34,293 nucleotides of DNA from positions 1-34,293 of IMG/VR virus record IMGVR_UViG_3300031954_000037. One strand, written 5' to 3'. The position numbers and the translations under genes were made by a program. Below, piece by piece: positions 7,829 to 17,625 of the stretch (within the stretch, counting starts at the first letter, position 1; the number at the start of each line of letters is the position of its first letter). A model generated the notes under the pieces. The model had not been told where the DNA came from. It did not search any database and saw only the letters and a program-made list of their open reading frames with translations. Source of the DNA: a virus. Taxonomy: Duplodnaviria; Caudoviricetes.

Positions 7829-10800
7829 CTGAAGTTGCCGACCAGATTCTTGGCGAAGCTCTCAAAGGTGCCGCCGTGCGCGCGCAGCATAGTCTCAACT
7901 GACGAGCGTGTCATAAACGGTGTGCCGCCGTTGATCACCGGGGCGTACGTCAGATTGGCGCTGTTGGTATTGGCGCGACCGCTGCTCCCCAGCATGCTTT
8001 GGATGCCTTCGGAAATATGCGCCGGCAGCACCATCTCTTTCGGATGCAAAATCGAGATCTGCCCGCCGTATGTTGCCGCCGCTGGCACAAGGAATCCGCC
8101 GGCAGCGGACGGCACGATGCCGCCTTGCTCAAAGAGCCCACCTATCAGCGGAATGGCCTTTAGGATGCTCCCGCCGGCGCCGAGCGCGCCACCTGCCCCG
8201 GCTTCAGCGGCATGCGCCTCATCGGCCACGGTGGAGCTATTGGTGGCGATGGTGTTAGCGGTGGTTGATAGCGTGTTGACGCCGGTCGTGGTGGTGTTGA
8301 GCGTGGCGGCGGCCGCATGCAAGCCCAGCAAGCTGGTCACTTTGGCGGTAGCATCCCCCATCACATCGAGCTGTTTCGCCGCGGCCTGGCCCGCGACCGT
8401 CTGCGCCGTATTCGCGGGGCCGCCGCTGCCCAGCCCAATGAGTCCACCGATCTTGCTGGCGAGCACGCCGCCGATACCCTGCCCCTCTTTGCCGCCCAGC
8501 GCGTTGGCGAGCAGCTGCGAGCTGGCGGTGCCGAGCTCTTTGATGAGACTCGAAGTCAGCGAGTTGACCAGCTTCACGAAGGCTTGCTGCAGCGTCTCTG
8601 TGCGCTCGACTCCAGCCTCCACAAAGCTGCTCAGCGCATTGCCGGCGCTGTTGAAGCCCCCCTCAAATGCCTTGGCGATGGTATCCGCCGAGCGGCTCTG
8701 CGCGTTCGCGGAGCGGGCGGCGAGCTGTTGTTCCTGCTCGCTTGCGCGTGCCGCCAGCTGGATGATCTTATCGTAGGCACGTTCTTTCTCATCGACCGTG
8801 GCGCCGTCTTTCTCGGCGATCGCGAGGTATTGCTTCTCAGCCTCTTCGGTCGTGCGCTCCGTCACCTCAGCGAGCTTTTGCGCCGCCTCTTGGGTGGTGA
8901 GCGTGCGATTGGCGACCTGTGCATCGAGCTTGGCTTTCTCCGCGGCGATCTCGCGCTCATCGGCGCGCGCGACCGCATCCGCGAAATGCATGCGCTCTTG
9001 AAAGGATTGCTGGCGAAACTGCGATTCCGCTTCTGCATCGGCCAGCGCCTGCTTGCCTGTCGCGCTCTCGGTGCCGCCGCCCGTATGTGCTGCGATTTGT
9101 GCCTCTAGGGCGTTGATTTGCTTTTTGAGCTCTAGCTGCTTCTCGATCGGAGGCACCTTGGCGAGCTCGGTACGGAGCGCGGTGATCTGGCGCTGAGTCG
9201 CCTCGTCTTCCAGCTGGTTTTTCAGCCGGATGACTTCCAGCTCTTTCGCCTGCGCCGACGGATCGCGCACGCCCTTGATCTTGATGATGGCATCGTATTC
9301 TTTTTGTGCGTTGGCGAGCTTTTCCGCGGTCGCTCCGCGCTCGGTTTCGAGTTCCAGCTGCATGTTGTGTAGCTGATCGCGGAGATCCTCATCCGAGATC
9401 TTCTTCATGGCCGCGGCGAGCACCGAGTCAGCCTCAGCGCGGGCTGACGCGCTGTAGCGGCCGTATGAGGCTATTTCCTGCGCCTGGCGCTGTGCGATCG
9501 AGAGAATCTGCTGATCCGAGAGCCCAAACTGCTGGGCTTCAGTCTGCAGATTACGCATGATCGTGGCGTGGCGGTCAGTTTCTCCCTGATCATGTACGGC
9601 ACCCTGTTTGAGCTCCAGATTTTTGATCGCATTGGCTTGCTCTTGCGCTTGCAGCCGCAGGGTATTCGCCAGATCTGTATTCCCGGCGGCTTCTGCCGCA
9701 TCGATCTGTTGCAATGTCTTCTGATAGACACCCTGCGCATCAGAGATTTGGTGCTCTAGCCTCAGCTGATCTTCTTTGGCCTTGGAGCCCGCCAGGACCG
9801 CATCCGCGCCATCCTTTTCGGCGCGGGTTTGCGCTTGCTGGCCGATGAGCGCTTGGGCCGCGGCCTCCGCACGCGCCGTATAAGCGGCGAGCTGCGCTTT
9901 GCGCGGATCGTTGGGCCCGTACCCCTCCGGGCGCTCATAGGAAACAGCGGCAGCAGCTGCCGCTTGCGGTGACATGGCACCCTTGATCTTGGCTAGAGCG
10001 TTGGATTCTGTTGTCTGCAGCTCTTTGATGATGGCGCTGATCTGTTCATCCAGGGATGACGAGGCGGTTATGCCGAGCGCCTTGGCACGCTCCATCGACC
10101 AATTGGGCAACCCCACATGCCCGCCACCAATATTATTGGAGCTCGCTGGATTGAGCTCGGTCCCGCTTTCTTGCTGCAGCACGCCAACCAAGCCGGCGGC
10201 TTGCTCGCGACTGAGGTTGAGCTCTTGCTGGAAGCGGCGCAGCGCTGTCTGCGCGTTCGTTTCTTCGCCAGGACTCGGCGCAACACCGGGCCGCATGGCG
10301 CGCCACATACCCTCTAGCGGGCCGCCGGGCATGGCCAGCTCCGGCGCCTGCATGACGGTGAGAATGGTTGACAGGCGCTCGGCATCGGCCTTCGCGCGTG
10401 CCGCGGCGCCTGCCACCTTATCGAAGCGTTCCGCCACCAGATCGAGCACCGCCGACCGCTCAGCCATGTCGCCTAGCGTATCGAGGTTTGCCTTCTCTTC
10501 TTTGGTGATCAGCTGCGCCTTTTCGGCCGCATCCGCAGCGGCCTTGCCGGTGCCGCCGTATGCTTTGACAACAGCCTCCGCCTCTTTAGCGACGTCGGTC
10601 CCCTTCAGGGTCGCCTGAGCCGCGGCCAGGGAGATCATCTCGTCGCGCTGTTTCGCGGTCATTCCCGTGACTTCCGCGAACGCTGCGACGACATGTTTGG
10701 CCGATCTGTACGTCAGATCATAAGCCTCGGCGACCTTGTCGACCGCGGCGGTGATCTCCTCCGCTGTTTGTGTATTCCCCTGACCAGACAGCAGATTCCC

Positions 10801-12246
10801 AGCGCCGACCTCACGCACCGCTTGGGCGTATTCGATGGTTTGATACAGCAAATAGCCCATGCCGGCCGCCGCCGCAGCGATGCCGGCCGTGACCAAACCC
10901 CATGGGCCTGCGAGAGTGCTGAAAATCGTCTGCAGGATACCCGAGTCACGCAATAGCGGAAGGACGGACGCGCCAATGCGCGAGGTCTGACCACGCATCA
11001 CATCATCAGCGATCGCGCTGAAATGCTGTATTTCGAGCCCAGCGTTGCGACTCGCCGCGCCCACGATCGAGAATTCATTGGCCGCTGCGTGCGAGGCGGC
11101 GCCCGCGTGGGGCGCCCTGGCAGTGACCGAGTCGAAGGCAGCTGCCGCGGCGGCGATAGATTTGGTTGATTCCTCCGCGGCGGATACCGGCACCGTCGCG
11201 CCGCCGGCGAGAGCGGCTTTCCAACGGGTGAACAATCCTGCGGATGTGTTGGCGGCGTTGCCGGCGACCACGGTAGCGGTCGTGGCGGCGCCGAGCTCCG
11301 CCTTATAGGCTTGCTCCGCAGCGGCGATCGCTGAGAGAGATTCCCTCTCCGCAGTCCGGCCTGCGACGAGCTTGGCTTCCGCATCCGCGGCGGCCAGGAT
11401 ATCCGCCTCACCAGTATAGGCAGCGACGGCTGATGTGATGGACGCGCGCGATTCCACGGCGCCGGCGCGGGCCGCGACCGCGGCAATGGCGGCGGCTTCC
11501 GCGTCTTGAAATACCTGCGCGCTCTCCGCGGCGGCTTTCAGATCCGTATTCGCGCCGACCAGAGATTTCGCAAATTGCTCTGTAGCTGTCGCTTGCTGCG
11601 CGAGGCTGGTCGCTACCTCGCTCTGCGACAGGATCTTCATCTCTTTAGAGAAGACTGCCGCGGATTCAGCAGCTGATTTCGAGTTGGTGGAATACCCCAG
11701 AATCTTCTGCGCCGCTTGTTCGCCAGTCATGGCGGCGGCGGCGATGGCGGCCATCTTCTCCGCTTCCGCGGCCTTGACAGCGAGCGCTGAATCTCTGGCG
11801 AACGCATCAGCGGCCGCAGCGGCAGAGAGTGAGGTGCCCAGCACGGCGGCGGAGCCGGACGCGCTCAGGATTTGGCGTTGATTGGTGGGCAGATGGGAGA
11901 GCGGATCTTCAAGAGCGGCCGCCTGGCGGGCCCTGAGCGCTTCCGTCTCGCGAATGATCGCGCCGGTGCGCTGGGTGGAAGACGCGGTGAACGCTTCAGA
12001 TGCGCCGCCCGTATCCCGCAGCGCATCGCGGAGCTCGCCGATCTGCGTGCGCGTCTTATCCGCCTCGTCCCCGAGCGCCTTGATCGCGTTCTGGACGCCG
12101 ACACCTGGCGTGCCGCCTGCCGCCATCCCCTTGAAGTTGGCGAGCTCAGCCGTGATCGCTTTGAGCGCAGTCTCCGCCTTCGAGAGCTCCGCGCGGAGCT
12201 CTCCGGTCGTGGCGCCTATGCTGATAGTTAAGTCTTGATCCGCCAC
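7825..12246 (-). CDS. Tape measure protein with an internal phage-tail-lysozyme-like domain
   Basis: 1473 aa, Ala-rich and helical, directly after the chaperone. QAAGLVGVLQQES...G.PNW...LDEQI...YERP at about 9925-10235. C-terminal HPKEMVLPA. GTG start. Confidence 0.93.
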   Translation of the reverse strand: MADQDLTISIGATTGELRAELSKAETALKAITAELANFKGMAAGGTPGVGVQNAIKALGDEADKTRTQIGELRDALRDTGGASEAFTASSTQRTGAIIRETEALRARQAAALEDPLSHLPTNQRQILSASGSAAVLGTSLSAAAAADAFARDSALAVKAAEAEKMAAIAAAAMTGEQAAQKILGYSTNSKSAAESAAVFSKEMKILSQSEVATSLAQQATATEQFAKSLVGANTDLKAAAESAQVFQDAEAAAIAAVAARAGAVESRASITSAVAAYTGEADILAAADAEAKLVAGRTAERESLSAIAAAEQAYKAELGAATTATVVAGNAANTSAGLFTRWKAALAGGATVPVSAAEESTKSIAAAAAAFDSVTARAPHAGAASHAAANEFSIVGAASRNAGLEIQHFSAIADDVMRGQTSRIGASVLPLLRDSGILQTIFSTLAGPWGLVTAGIAAAAAGMGYLLYQTIEYAQAVREVGAGNLLSGQGNTQTAEEITAAVDKVAEAYDLTYRSAKHVVAAFAEVTGMTAKQRDEMISLAAAQATLKGTDVAKEAEAVVKAYGGTGKAAADAAEKAQLITKEEKANLDTLGDMAERSAVLDLVAERFDKVAGAAARAKADAERLSTILTVMQAPELAMPGGPLEGMWRAMRPGVAPSPGEETNAQTALRRFQQELNLSREQAAGLVGVLQQESGTELNPASSNNIGGGHVGLPNWSMERAKALGITASSSLDEQISAIIKELQTTESNALAKIKGAMSPQAAAAAAVSYERPEGYGPNDPRKAQLAAYTARAEAAAQALIGQQAQTRAEKDGADAVLAGSKAKEDQLRLEHQISDAQGVYQKTLQQIDAAEAAGNTDLANTLRLQAQEQANAIKNLELKQGAVHDQGETDRHATIMRNLQTEAQQFGLSDQQILSIAQRQAQEIASYGRYSASARAEADSVLAAAMKKISDEDLRDQLHNMQLELETERGATAEKLANAQKEYDAIIKIKGVRDPSAQAKELEVIRLKNQLEDEATQRQITALRTELAKVPPIEKQLELKKQINALEAQIAAHTGGGTESATGKQALADAEAESQFRQQSFQERMHFADAVARADEREIAAEKAKLDAQVANRTLTTQEAAQKLAEVTERTTEEAEKQYLAIAEKDGATVDEKERAYDKIIQLAARASEQEQQLAARSANAQSRSADTIAKAFEGGFNSAGNALSSFVEAGVERTETLQQAFVKLVNSLTSSLIKELGTASSQLLANALGGKEGQGIGGVLASKIGGLIGLGSGGPANTAQTVAGQAAAKQLDVMGDATAKVTSLLGLHAAAATLNTTTTGVNTLSTTANTIATNSSTVADEAHAAEAGAGGALGAGGSILKAIPLIGGLFEQGGIVPSAAGGFLVPAAATYGGQISILHPKEMVLPAHISEGIQSMLGSSGRANTNSANLTYAPVINGGTPFMTRSSVETMLRAHGGTFESFAKNLVGNFR

Positions 12247-12251
12247 GAGCC

Positions 12252-12704
12252 CTATCCTCGCCAGCTGCCGCCGTGGCGCCGTAGGACAGCCGCCAGGTCG
12301 TTAGTCTCAGGCGCGGGCTGCTGAGCCTGCTCTTCTTCTGGAAGGGCCACCGTGGGCTCTCCACGCGCGCGAGCGGCCAAAATGATCTGCCGCTTACGCT
12401 CTAGGGCTTCGGGTGAGGTGGGCCTGGTGGGCTTCAGCTTTGGCATGTCATTCATGCCAGGCGTCATCCCCGCTTGGGTCGGCGGCTTGTATCCGAGCTC
12501 AGCGGCCTTCAACCACCGGGTCGGCGGGCGTTGTGCCCACTCTTGACAGAGCGCCAGGTAACGTCGCATCGTCCATCTCCGGTCGACGCGATCCCAGCTG
12601 CCGCCTTCTATGCCGTGGCTGACGAGCTCGGCGATGATGGCGGTGCAGTCTCCGTCGAATTTTCGGCCCCGACCGCCGCCGTATCCGGGGCCGCTTTTTC
12701 CCCC
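12252..12704 (-). CDS. Tail assembly chaperone -1 frameshift extension (gpGT-like)
   Basis: The -1 frame relative to 12608..13021 is open from the slippery site to TAG at 12252, just before the tape measure start (IIAELV...W..VD..WT..RY.AL...W...PP). Confidence 0.78.
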   Translation of the reverse strand, partial: GGKSGPGYGGGRGRKFDGDCTAIIAELVSHGIEGGSWDRVDRRWTMRRYLALCQEWAQRPPTRWLKAAELGYKPPTQAGMTPGMNDMPKLKPTRPTSPEALERKRQIILAARARGEPTVALPEEEQAQQPAPETNDLAAVLRRHGGSWRG

Positions 12705-13021
12705 TTGGGGATCAGCCCCGACTCTCCCAGCAGTTTGATCGTGGCGCGCACCAGCTCCGCCATCTGATCGCCACGGAGCGCCAGCTGTAGCTGTCGCTGT
12801 AGGGCATCTCCGCGTAGCTCCGGCGGTCCATCGCGCTCGGGATTGGACAGCGCCGCCACCACGATATCGAGAGATGCGTCCGCCTCTTCGACGATGCCCA
12901 CCGCCTTGAGTAACCGCTGCACCGATGGCCATGCCATGCGAATGGTGTAGAAAACCATTTGGGGGACCAGAATGGTCTGGTCCCCGAACTCGATGCGTAC
13001 GCCCGACTCTGGATGATCCAT
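12608..13021 (-). CDS. Tail assembly chaperone (gpG-like)
   Basis: Lies between tail tube and tape measure. Ends ..SGLIPKGE.. at the slippery sequence. Confidence 0.82.
   Translation of the reverse strand: MDHPESGVRIEFGDQTILVPQMVFYTIRMAWPSVQRLLKAVGIVEEADASLDIVVAALSNPERDGPPELRGDALQRQLQLALRGDQMAELVRATIKLLGESGLIPKGEKAAPDTAAVGAENSTETAPPSSPSSSATA
12694..12704 (-). promoter_or_regulatory. Programmed -1 frameshift site GGGGGAAAAAG
   Basis: AAG GGG GAA AAA G in the chaperone frame. A -1 shift enters the downstream open frame. Confidence 0.75.
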
Positions 13022-13029
13022 GATTGCCT

Positions 13030-13761
13030 TTAGGTGGTAGTGAACAGAAAGGTGTTCCCGCTGGCATCCGCGAACGCATCAAAGGCGAAGTCAGACACAT
13101 AGAAGTCATCGAGCTTGGTCGGGATCGAGAGGCTCGTGCCCACGCAACGATACAGCTTCAACGTGATGTTTCCGCCTTCGAAGGTATTCGAGAATTCCGC
13201 GGTAAACTGCGGCGTGTTGCCCATGAAGGGGTTGCCACCAGCGACGGTCATGCCCGCGGTCGCGGTGTAGGAGTAATTGAGGAACGCCAGCTGCCCAAGA
13301 TCAGAGCTCGAAAAGTCATAGACACCGGCGGTGACGCCATATTGGCCCGTGGCCGGTAGGCCCGTGACGAACGTCAGCCGCTCGGCATTGCTGCCATTCG
13401 TGCCGTTCTGAAATGTCACGCCGAGATCATCGAGGAATGTGGCGGCGTTGAGAGCGGTATTCGAAGAGCTGATCGTGATGCCTTCGTTGTAGGCGATCAG
13501 AGTCTGACCGGCCGACAACGTGCCACCCCAATAGATGGTATTGAAGACGGCGGCGCTGATCTGGGCGACCTTGGCCTTGCCGCTGATCTTGACCTTGCCG
13601 CGCGCCACGTCAATCGGATATTGCGATTGACTGTAAAGCATTTTGGTGTCGCCGCTGAAGTCAATGTTGACCTCTTGCATGGCACCGAAGCGGACGGGAG
13701 TCGAATTCGCAACGTCCTGACGAACCGCGAACATAACGCCGGAGCCGAAGCCGAACTGCAT
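13030..13761 (-). CDS. Major tail tube protein
   Basis: FGFGSG...TPVRFGAMQEVNIDFSGDTKMLY.Q.QYP..VARGK and TKLDDF...DF.FDAFAD. Position upstream of the chaperone. Confidence 0.88.
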   Translation of the reverse strand: MQFGFGSGVMFAVRQDVANSTPVRFGAMQEVNIDFSGDTKMLYSQSQYPIDVARGKVKISGKAKVAQISAAVFNTIYWGGTLSAGQTLIAYNEGITISSSNTALNAATFLDDLGVTFQNGTNGSNAERLTFVTGLPATGQYGVTAGVYDFSSSDLGQLAFLNYSYTATAGMTVAGGNPFMGNTPQFTAEFSNTFEGGNITLKLYRCVGTSLSIPTKLDDFYVSDFAFDAFADASGNTFLFTTT

Positions 13762-13868
13762 AGGGTAATCCCCACCTGAAGTCGCGCAGCATCGTCAGCT
13801 CGCGAACCACGCCCGACGCTTGCCTTGGTGGTAGGACTAGAAGCGCGCCCGGCTTAACACGGGGACGC

Positions 13869-14357
13869 TTAGGGAACCATAAGCATCAGGGGAATCAGGA
13901 TCTGACCTTGATCATCCAGATCCCCGGTGTCGACCTTGACGCTACCTTCGATGCGACACCACTCAACCAAGCCGCCCAACGTGAACACGTCATCTTGTGT
14001 GTCCGGGGCGAGCACGGGATACACCGCATCCATGATTTGCTGGGTGATCTTAGCGCCAATCTGGTTGAAATCGGTGCGAAAATATATGATCCACGTGGTG
14101 TGCAAAATGCGGCGCGCCGGCATGCCGCGGCTGGGAGCGGAAGGAGTTTTGGCGGGCTGCCATACTGTGATGTATTCCGCCTGATAAGCGGCCGGTTGCA
14201 GATCGGGAACGACTTGCGAGAAAGGTTTGACCCTTCTGGCCGAATCGCCCCAAGTGAGCAGGCTCCTAGCACCGATCGGGATCGTGAAGCGCACCGCCCG
14301 CAACTGCACAAAGAGCGCCTCAAAAATCGGCTCTAGCGATGTCGGAACGAAGCTCAT
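13869..14357 (-). CDS. Tail terminator / tail completion protein
   Basis: Position before the tube gene. C-terminal TLGGLVEWCRIEG...D.GDLD.Q....IPL. Confidence 0.75.
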   Translation of the reverse strand: MSFVPTSLEPIFEALFVQLRAVRFTIPIGARSLLTWGDSARRVKPFSQVVPDLQPAAYQAEYITVWQPAKTPSAPSRGMPARRILHTTWIIYFRTDFNQIGAKITQQIMDAVYPVLAPDTQDDVFTLGGLVEWCRIEGSVKVDTGDLDDQGQILIPLMLMVP

Positions 14358-14893
14358 ATGGGATAGCCTTCACGCTTCAGCGCGTCGAGTGCTGCCTGTT
14401 TGATCTGCGTACCGATATCCACGCGCATCTCCGCCAGCGAGCGGCGCAAGAATGAGCGCTCCGGCATCCTGGCGCCAGGGTGGTCGACGTGCTGGGCGAA
14501 CACCACCTCTCCGCTGACGGCGCCGGTGCGAAACCCGATGCTGCGTTTGGAGAGGAACCGTAGCGCCGTAGCTTCCACGGGATCAATCTCGTGCGGCGGT
14601 GTCGCGCCGCCATATTCCTGGATATGCGCGTATTCGACGCCTTTTGAATACACGCTCCCTATGGCGCTCAATGCATCAGCCTCGAAGGTCTGGCCGATCG
14701 AGGACAGCAGCGCGCCCGTCTTCGAATAGAGCGGATGCCCGGAGGTGACATTGCTGCGCACCTGCGCTTCCAATTCTCCGGTGAGCTGTTGCACCTTGGT
14801 AGCTACGTTCGCCATGACCACGCCCGGCAGCTCGGCGAAATGCGCGATGAGCGTATCGGGCGAGCCCGTCCATGTGACCGAGAATTTGATCAT
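14354..14893 (-). CDS. Neck / virion morphogenesis protein (HK97 gp10-like)
   Basis: KTGALLSSI, VEYAHIQEYGG, HPGARMPERSFLR. Start re-called at ATG 14893 (ATGA overlap). Confidence 0.85.
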   Translation of the reverse strand: MIKFSVTWTGSPDTLIAHFAELPGVVMANVATKVQQLTGELEAQVRSNVTSGHPLYSKTGALLSSIGQTFEADALSAIGSVYSKGVEYAHIQEYGGATPPHEIDPVEATALRFLSKRSIGFRTGAVSGEVVFAQHVDHPGARMPERSFLRRSLAEMRVDIGTQIKQAALDALKREGYPI

Positions 14894-15234
14894 ACGGGAG
14901 TCTTTCCGGCGAGATGCGTGTAGAGACTCAGGCGCTGCAGGCCACTGGTGTTGACCACGCATTGCAAGAGATAGGTGACCTCGCCCAGCAAGCCGCCGAC
15001 CTGGGTATTCACCTGAGCGTTTGGCTGGCTGGTGGAGGTGCTCGTGACAATGGAATTGCTGGCGCCCAGATGACTCTGCGCGGCCGGATCGAATCCGGAA
15101 TCGGCGGTGCACGTGATCTCTTGAATGCTCAAAATATATTCGCCGACGGCGAGCTCGGGCCCAAAATCGAAGCCGATGTTTTCGAGCTCAACGCCAGCAT
15201 CTTGCGGCGGGGACAGATCATTGCCCTGCGACAT
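14890..15234 (-). CDS. Putative fibre adaptor protein
   Basis: Small protein with FDF...L..GE.I.S and V.G...G.VTY.L.C.V.TS pattern resembling phage fibre-adaptor proteins. Follows fibre-like genes. Confidence 0.55.
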   Translation of the reverse strand: MSQGNDLSPPQDAGVELENIGFDFGPELAVGEYILSIQEITCTADSGFDPAAQSHLGASNSIVTSTSTSQPNAQVNTQVGGLLGEVTYLLQCVVNTSGLQRLSLYTHLAGKTPV

Positions 15235-15237
15235 GCT

Positions 15238-16071
15238 TTACCTACTGATGATGACGCGCCGCACGCGCGGTGACGACGAGGTGAGTGTAACACGGGTCGC
15301 CGCTACGGTAAGCCGCGTCGCTGTCGGATGCTGCGCGACGCGCGACCGATCCGATGGCGCGATGGTGATGCGGATACGCGGCGGGAATCCGGATGTCGTG
15401 ATCCGGCTGCCTTCCGCGACAATCGACATCTCGATCTCGATATCGGCGACGCTGTCTGACGCGATGGCGCCCAGCGATTCCGCCATGGCCAAGATCGAGG
15501 TGAGCGGGGAGCCGAGTGCCTCCGCGAGCACCGGTGCCGCGATAAGGCCGCTGCCGAGCGCTTCCAGCGCAGCCATCGCGGTGAATATCTGCGCCCCAAG
15601 TATCTCATCCGGAATCACGATGCGTCGTATCTGTGACCCGAGCGCTTCGAGCGGTAGCGGGCGCCCGTGTATCGGAGATCCGAGCGCTTCCGCATCGATT
15701 AGGGTCTGTCGGGTCTGTGACCCGAGCGCTTCGATAGGCGAGCCGCTCGCGCGGATCTCTGACACAAGCTGCTCGCTCGCCGCGGTCTGGGCCCGTAGTT
15801 CTGAGCGCAGGCTCTCCGTCGGAGCCAGTGCGGCACGTAGCGATGTCGCCAGGCTTTCGGTGAGGGATGGATATCCACGGATGACGCTCCCGTCGGCTTC
15901 GGCCGGCGCCGGCAAGCTGCGGCTCTCGGCAGTCAACAGCTCCGTTTGCGTGATCCTGCTTAGCGAAACCGACGAGAGCGTCTGTAGCGCCCCAATCATC
16001 GGGGCGACGTATACGTTGCTAGTGGTCACCCCTGAGACGCCCCCGCCCCAGCCTGGCGCGGTCTGCGTCAT
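15238..16071 (-). CDS. Tandem 14-aa repeat virion protein (fibre shaft candidate)
   Basis: About 13 repeats with consensus xEALGS-x8 and an Arg-rich C-terminus. Confidence 0.75.
   Translation of the reverse strand: MTQTAPGWGGGVSGVTTSNVYVAPMIGALQTLSSVSLSRITQTELLTAESRSLPAPAEADGSVIRGYPSLTESLATSLRAALAPTESLRSELRAQTAASEQLVSEIRASGSPIEALGSQTRQTLIDAEALGSPIHGRPLPLEALGSQIRRIVIPDEILGAQIFTAMAALEALGSGLIAAPVLAEALGSPLTSILAMAESLGAIASDSVADIEIEMSIVAEGSRITTSGFPPRIRITIAPSDRSRVAQHPTATRLTVAATRVTLTSSSPRVRRVIISR
15442..15987 (-). repeat. Degenerate coding tandem repeat with 42-nt period
   Basis: Plus-strand CCGAG(C/T)GC(T/C)TC cores start at 15512, 15554, 15638, 15680 and 15722 (multiples of 42 apart). Confidence 0.9.
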
Positions 16072-16077
16072 GTGGCA

Positions 16078-17625
16078 TCATCCGAAAGCGGGGTTGATCC
16101 AGACGGTGGTGGACGTCTTGGCGAGACGCACAAAGGCGCGCACCCAGCCAACCTGATTAGGCGTAACGGTTACGCTCATCTGCAGGGTCACCGGGCTTGC
16201 CGGCGAGTTATTCCAGACTCCCGTGCCCGCAGATAAGGGCGTGGTCGTATCGAGCAGATTCGCCTGCGTCGTGACGAAAGATCCGGCGGTGTCTGTGCTA
16301 TCAGGCAAATATTCCGCTTCCATCCAGATGTCGCTCATCTTCAGGGTGGCGGTCGCCAGCACCTGAATAGCTGCAGTAACGGCGGCGCCGGTCGTGCTGT
16401 TCCATTTGAGAATAGGGAAGGATTCGAATGGGACGCCGGTGCTTGTGGAGGTGCTCACCAACTTGTGTGAGTAAGGATTGACGCCGTCCGTGGCGCCCCC
16501 AGTCATCGTCACGGTGAGATCTGTTGATAGCTTGCTGTTATAGCCATCCAATTTCATATTCGTATAGTTTGTATTGCCACTGTCACAGTTGACGAATTCG
16601 GTAGTAGGTCCAGACGCTCCGGTCGTTTGCGTATTCTGCCAAACATATCCAGAGCCCAGCTTACAATTGGTCAAAAACATCCGCATGCCAGGGGAAGCGC
16701 CTGAGGAAATAACGGTGGCGCTACCTAATGAGCTGAGGTCGAGCCCATCCAGAATGACTACCGTCCCGGCTTGTCCGCCCGTATTCGTCGCAAAGAGGGA
16801 GGTGGGGATGGTGCCGCTCACCGCGGCTTGGGTCGATGTGTTACGCCAACGCAGTATGCCGCCGCTGCCGCCTTGCAGTTTGAGTGCTTGATTGGCCGCG
16901 TTAAAATTGAAAGTGACGTTTTCAAGATCGATTACGCCAGCCGAATTAAATCCAAAAGGAACGTTGGCGGCCGTGAGCTTGATAGTGCCATTGCGGAAAC
17001 GCATCGTGGGCCCAAAGTTCACGGCATTGGCGCTGGCGACAGTCAGCCCCCATACTTCCAAATTATTACCGAGATTTACAGCTCCCGCAGTATTGGCGAT
17101 ACTTGCTCCAGATACAGGATTAGGATCTGCCACTACTGGTGGCACACTTTTCGTTCGGTCGACACTGATAAATCTAACCGGCAGGGTATTCGATCCCAAG
17201 TTGAGATTCATATTGCTGGCGGTTTGTATCTCCGAGTGATCGCTGGAAAAGAACACGGTATCACCGGCGTTCACGATACCCAGATTGTTCAAGGCGCTCA
17301 CGCGCGCGACGGGCGCCGTCCATGTATTCGTCACGCCATTGTCGTGCTGATGTGCCTCTTGCGCACCGCACTCGGTCCAGACGGCGGTGCCGCCATGGCC
17401 AGACTCATTGGTCGTGCCGCTATCGGTGAGCGTCCATGTCGGTTCCAGCGTGCCCAGCGTGCCCGCTGTGGTGACACGAAACGCGCGCTCGTTACCTGCG
17501 GTGGGAGCTGATTGCCGGGTGATCTGGCCAAGCGTGACTGTGGCGCTCGCGGCGAAGGGCGCGGTGCCCCATGGCGTAATGTTTGTCCATGCTGTACTTG
17601 ACACGTACCAATTAGAGACAGCCAT
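16078..17625 (-). CDS. Thr/Ser/Asn/Gly-rich virion protein with probable beta-helix (spike/fibre)
   Basis: 515 aa with N-terminal F.VTTAGT....EPTW module, central beta-helix-like periodicity (LEVWGLTV, MRFRNGTI, IDLENVTF, VILDGLDL, MFLTNCKL) and C-terminal TPNQVG.V...V.L......VWINP. Confidence 0.7.
   Translation of the reverse strand: MAVSNWYVSSTAWTNITPWGTAPFAASATVTLGQITRQSAPTAGNERAFRVTTAGTLGTLEPTWTLTDSGTTNESGHGGTAVWTECGAQEAHQHDNGVTNTWTAPVARVSALNNLGIVNAGDTVFFSSDHSEIQTASNMNLNLGSNTLPVRFISVDRTKSVPPVVADPNPVSGASIANTAGAVNLGNNLEVWGLTVASANAVNFGPTMRFRNGTIKLTAANVPFGFNSAGVIDLENVTFNFNAANQALKLQGGSGGILRWRNTSTQAAVSGTIPTSLFATNTGGQAGTVVILDGLDLSSLGSATVISSGASPGMRMFLTNCKLGSGYVWQNTQTTGASGPTTEFVNCDSGNTNYTNMKLDGYNSKLSTDLTVTMTGGATDGVNPYSHKLVSTSTSTGVPFESFPILKWNSTTGAAVTAAIQVLATATLKMSDIWMEAEYLPDSTDTAGSFVTTQANLLDTTTPLSAGTGVWNNSPASPVTLQMSVTVTPNQVGWVRAFVRLAKTSTTVWINPAFG

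Noticed and set aside
12252-13109. 285-aa ORF as an independent gene
   Set aside because: Its 5' part overlaps the tube and chaperone genes out of frame; only the part after the slippery site is credible
15442-15987. 42-nt periodic repeat as a CRISPR array
   Set aside because: Degenerate, in frame and fully explained by a 14-aa protein repeat; no cas genes
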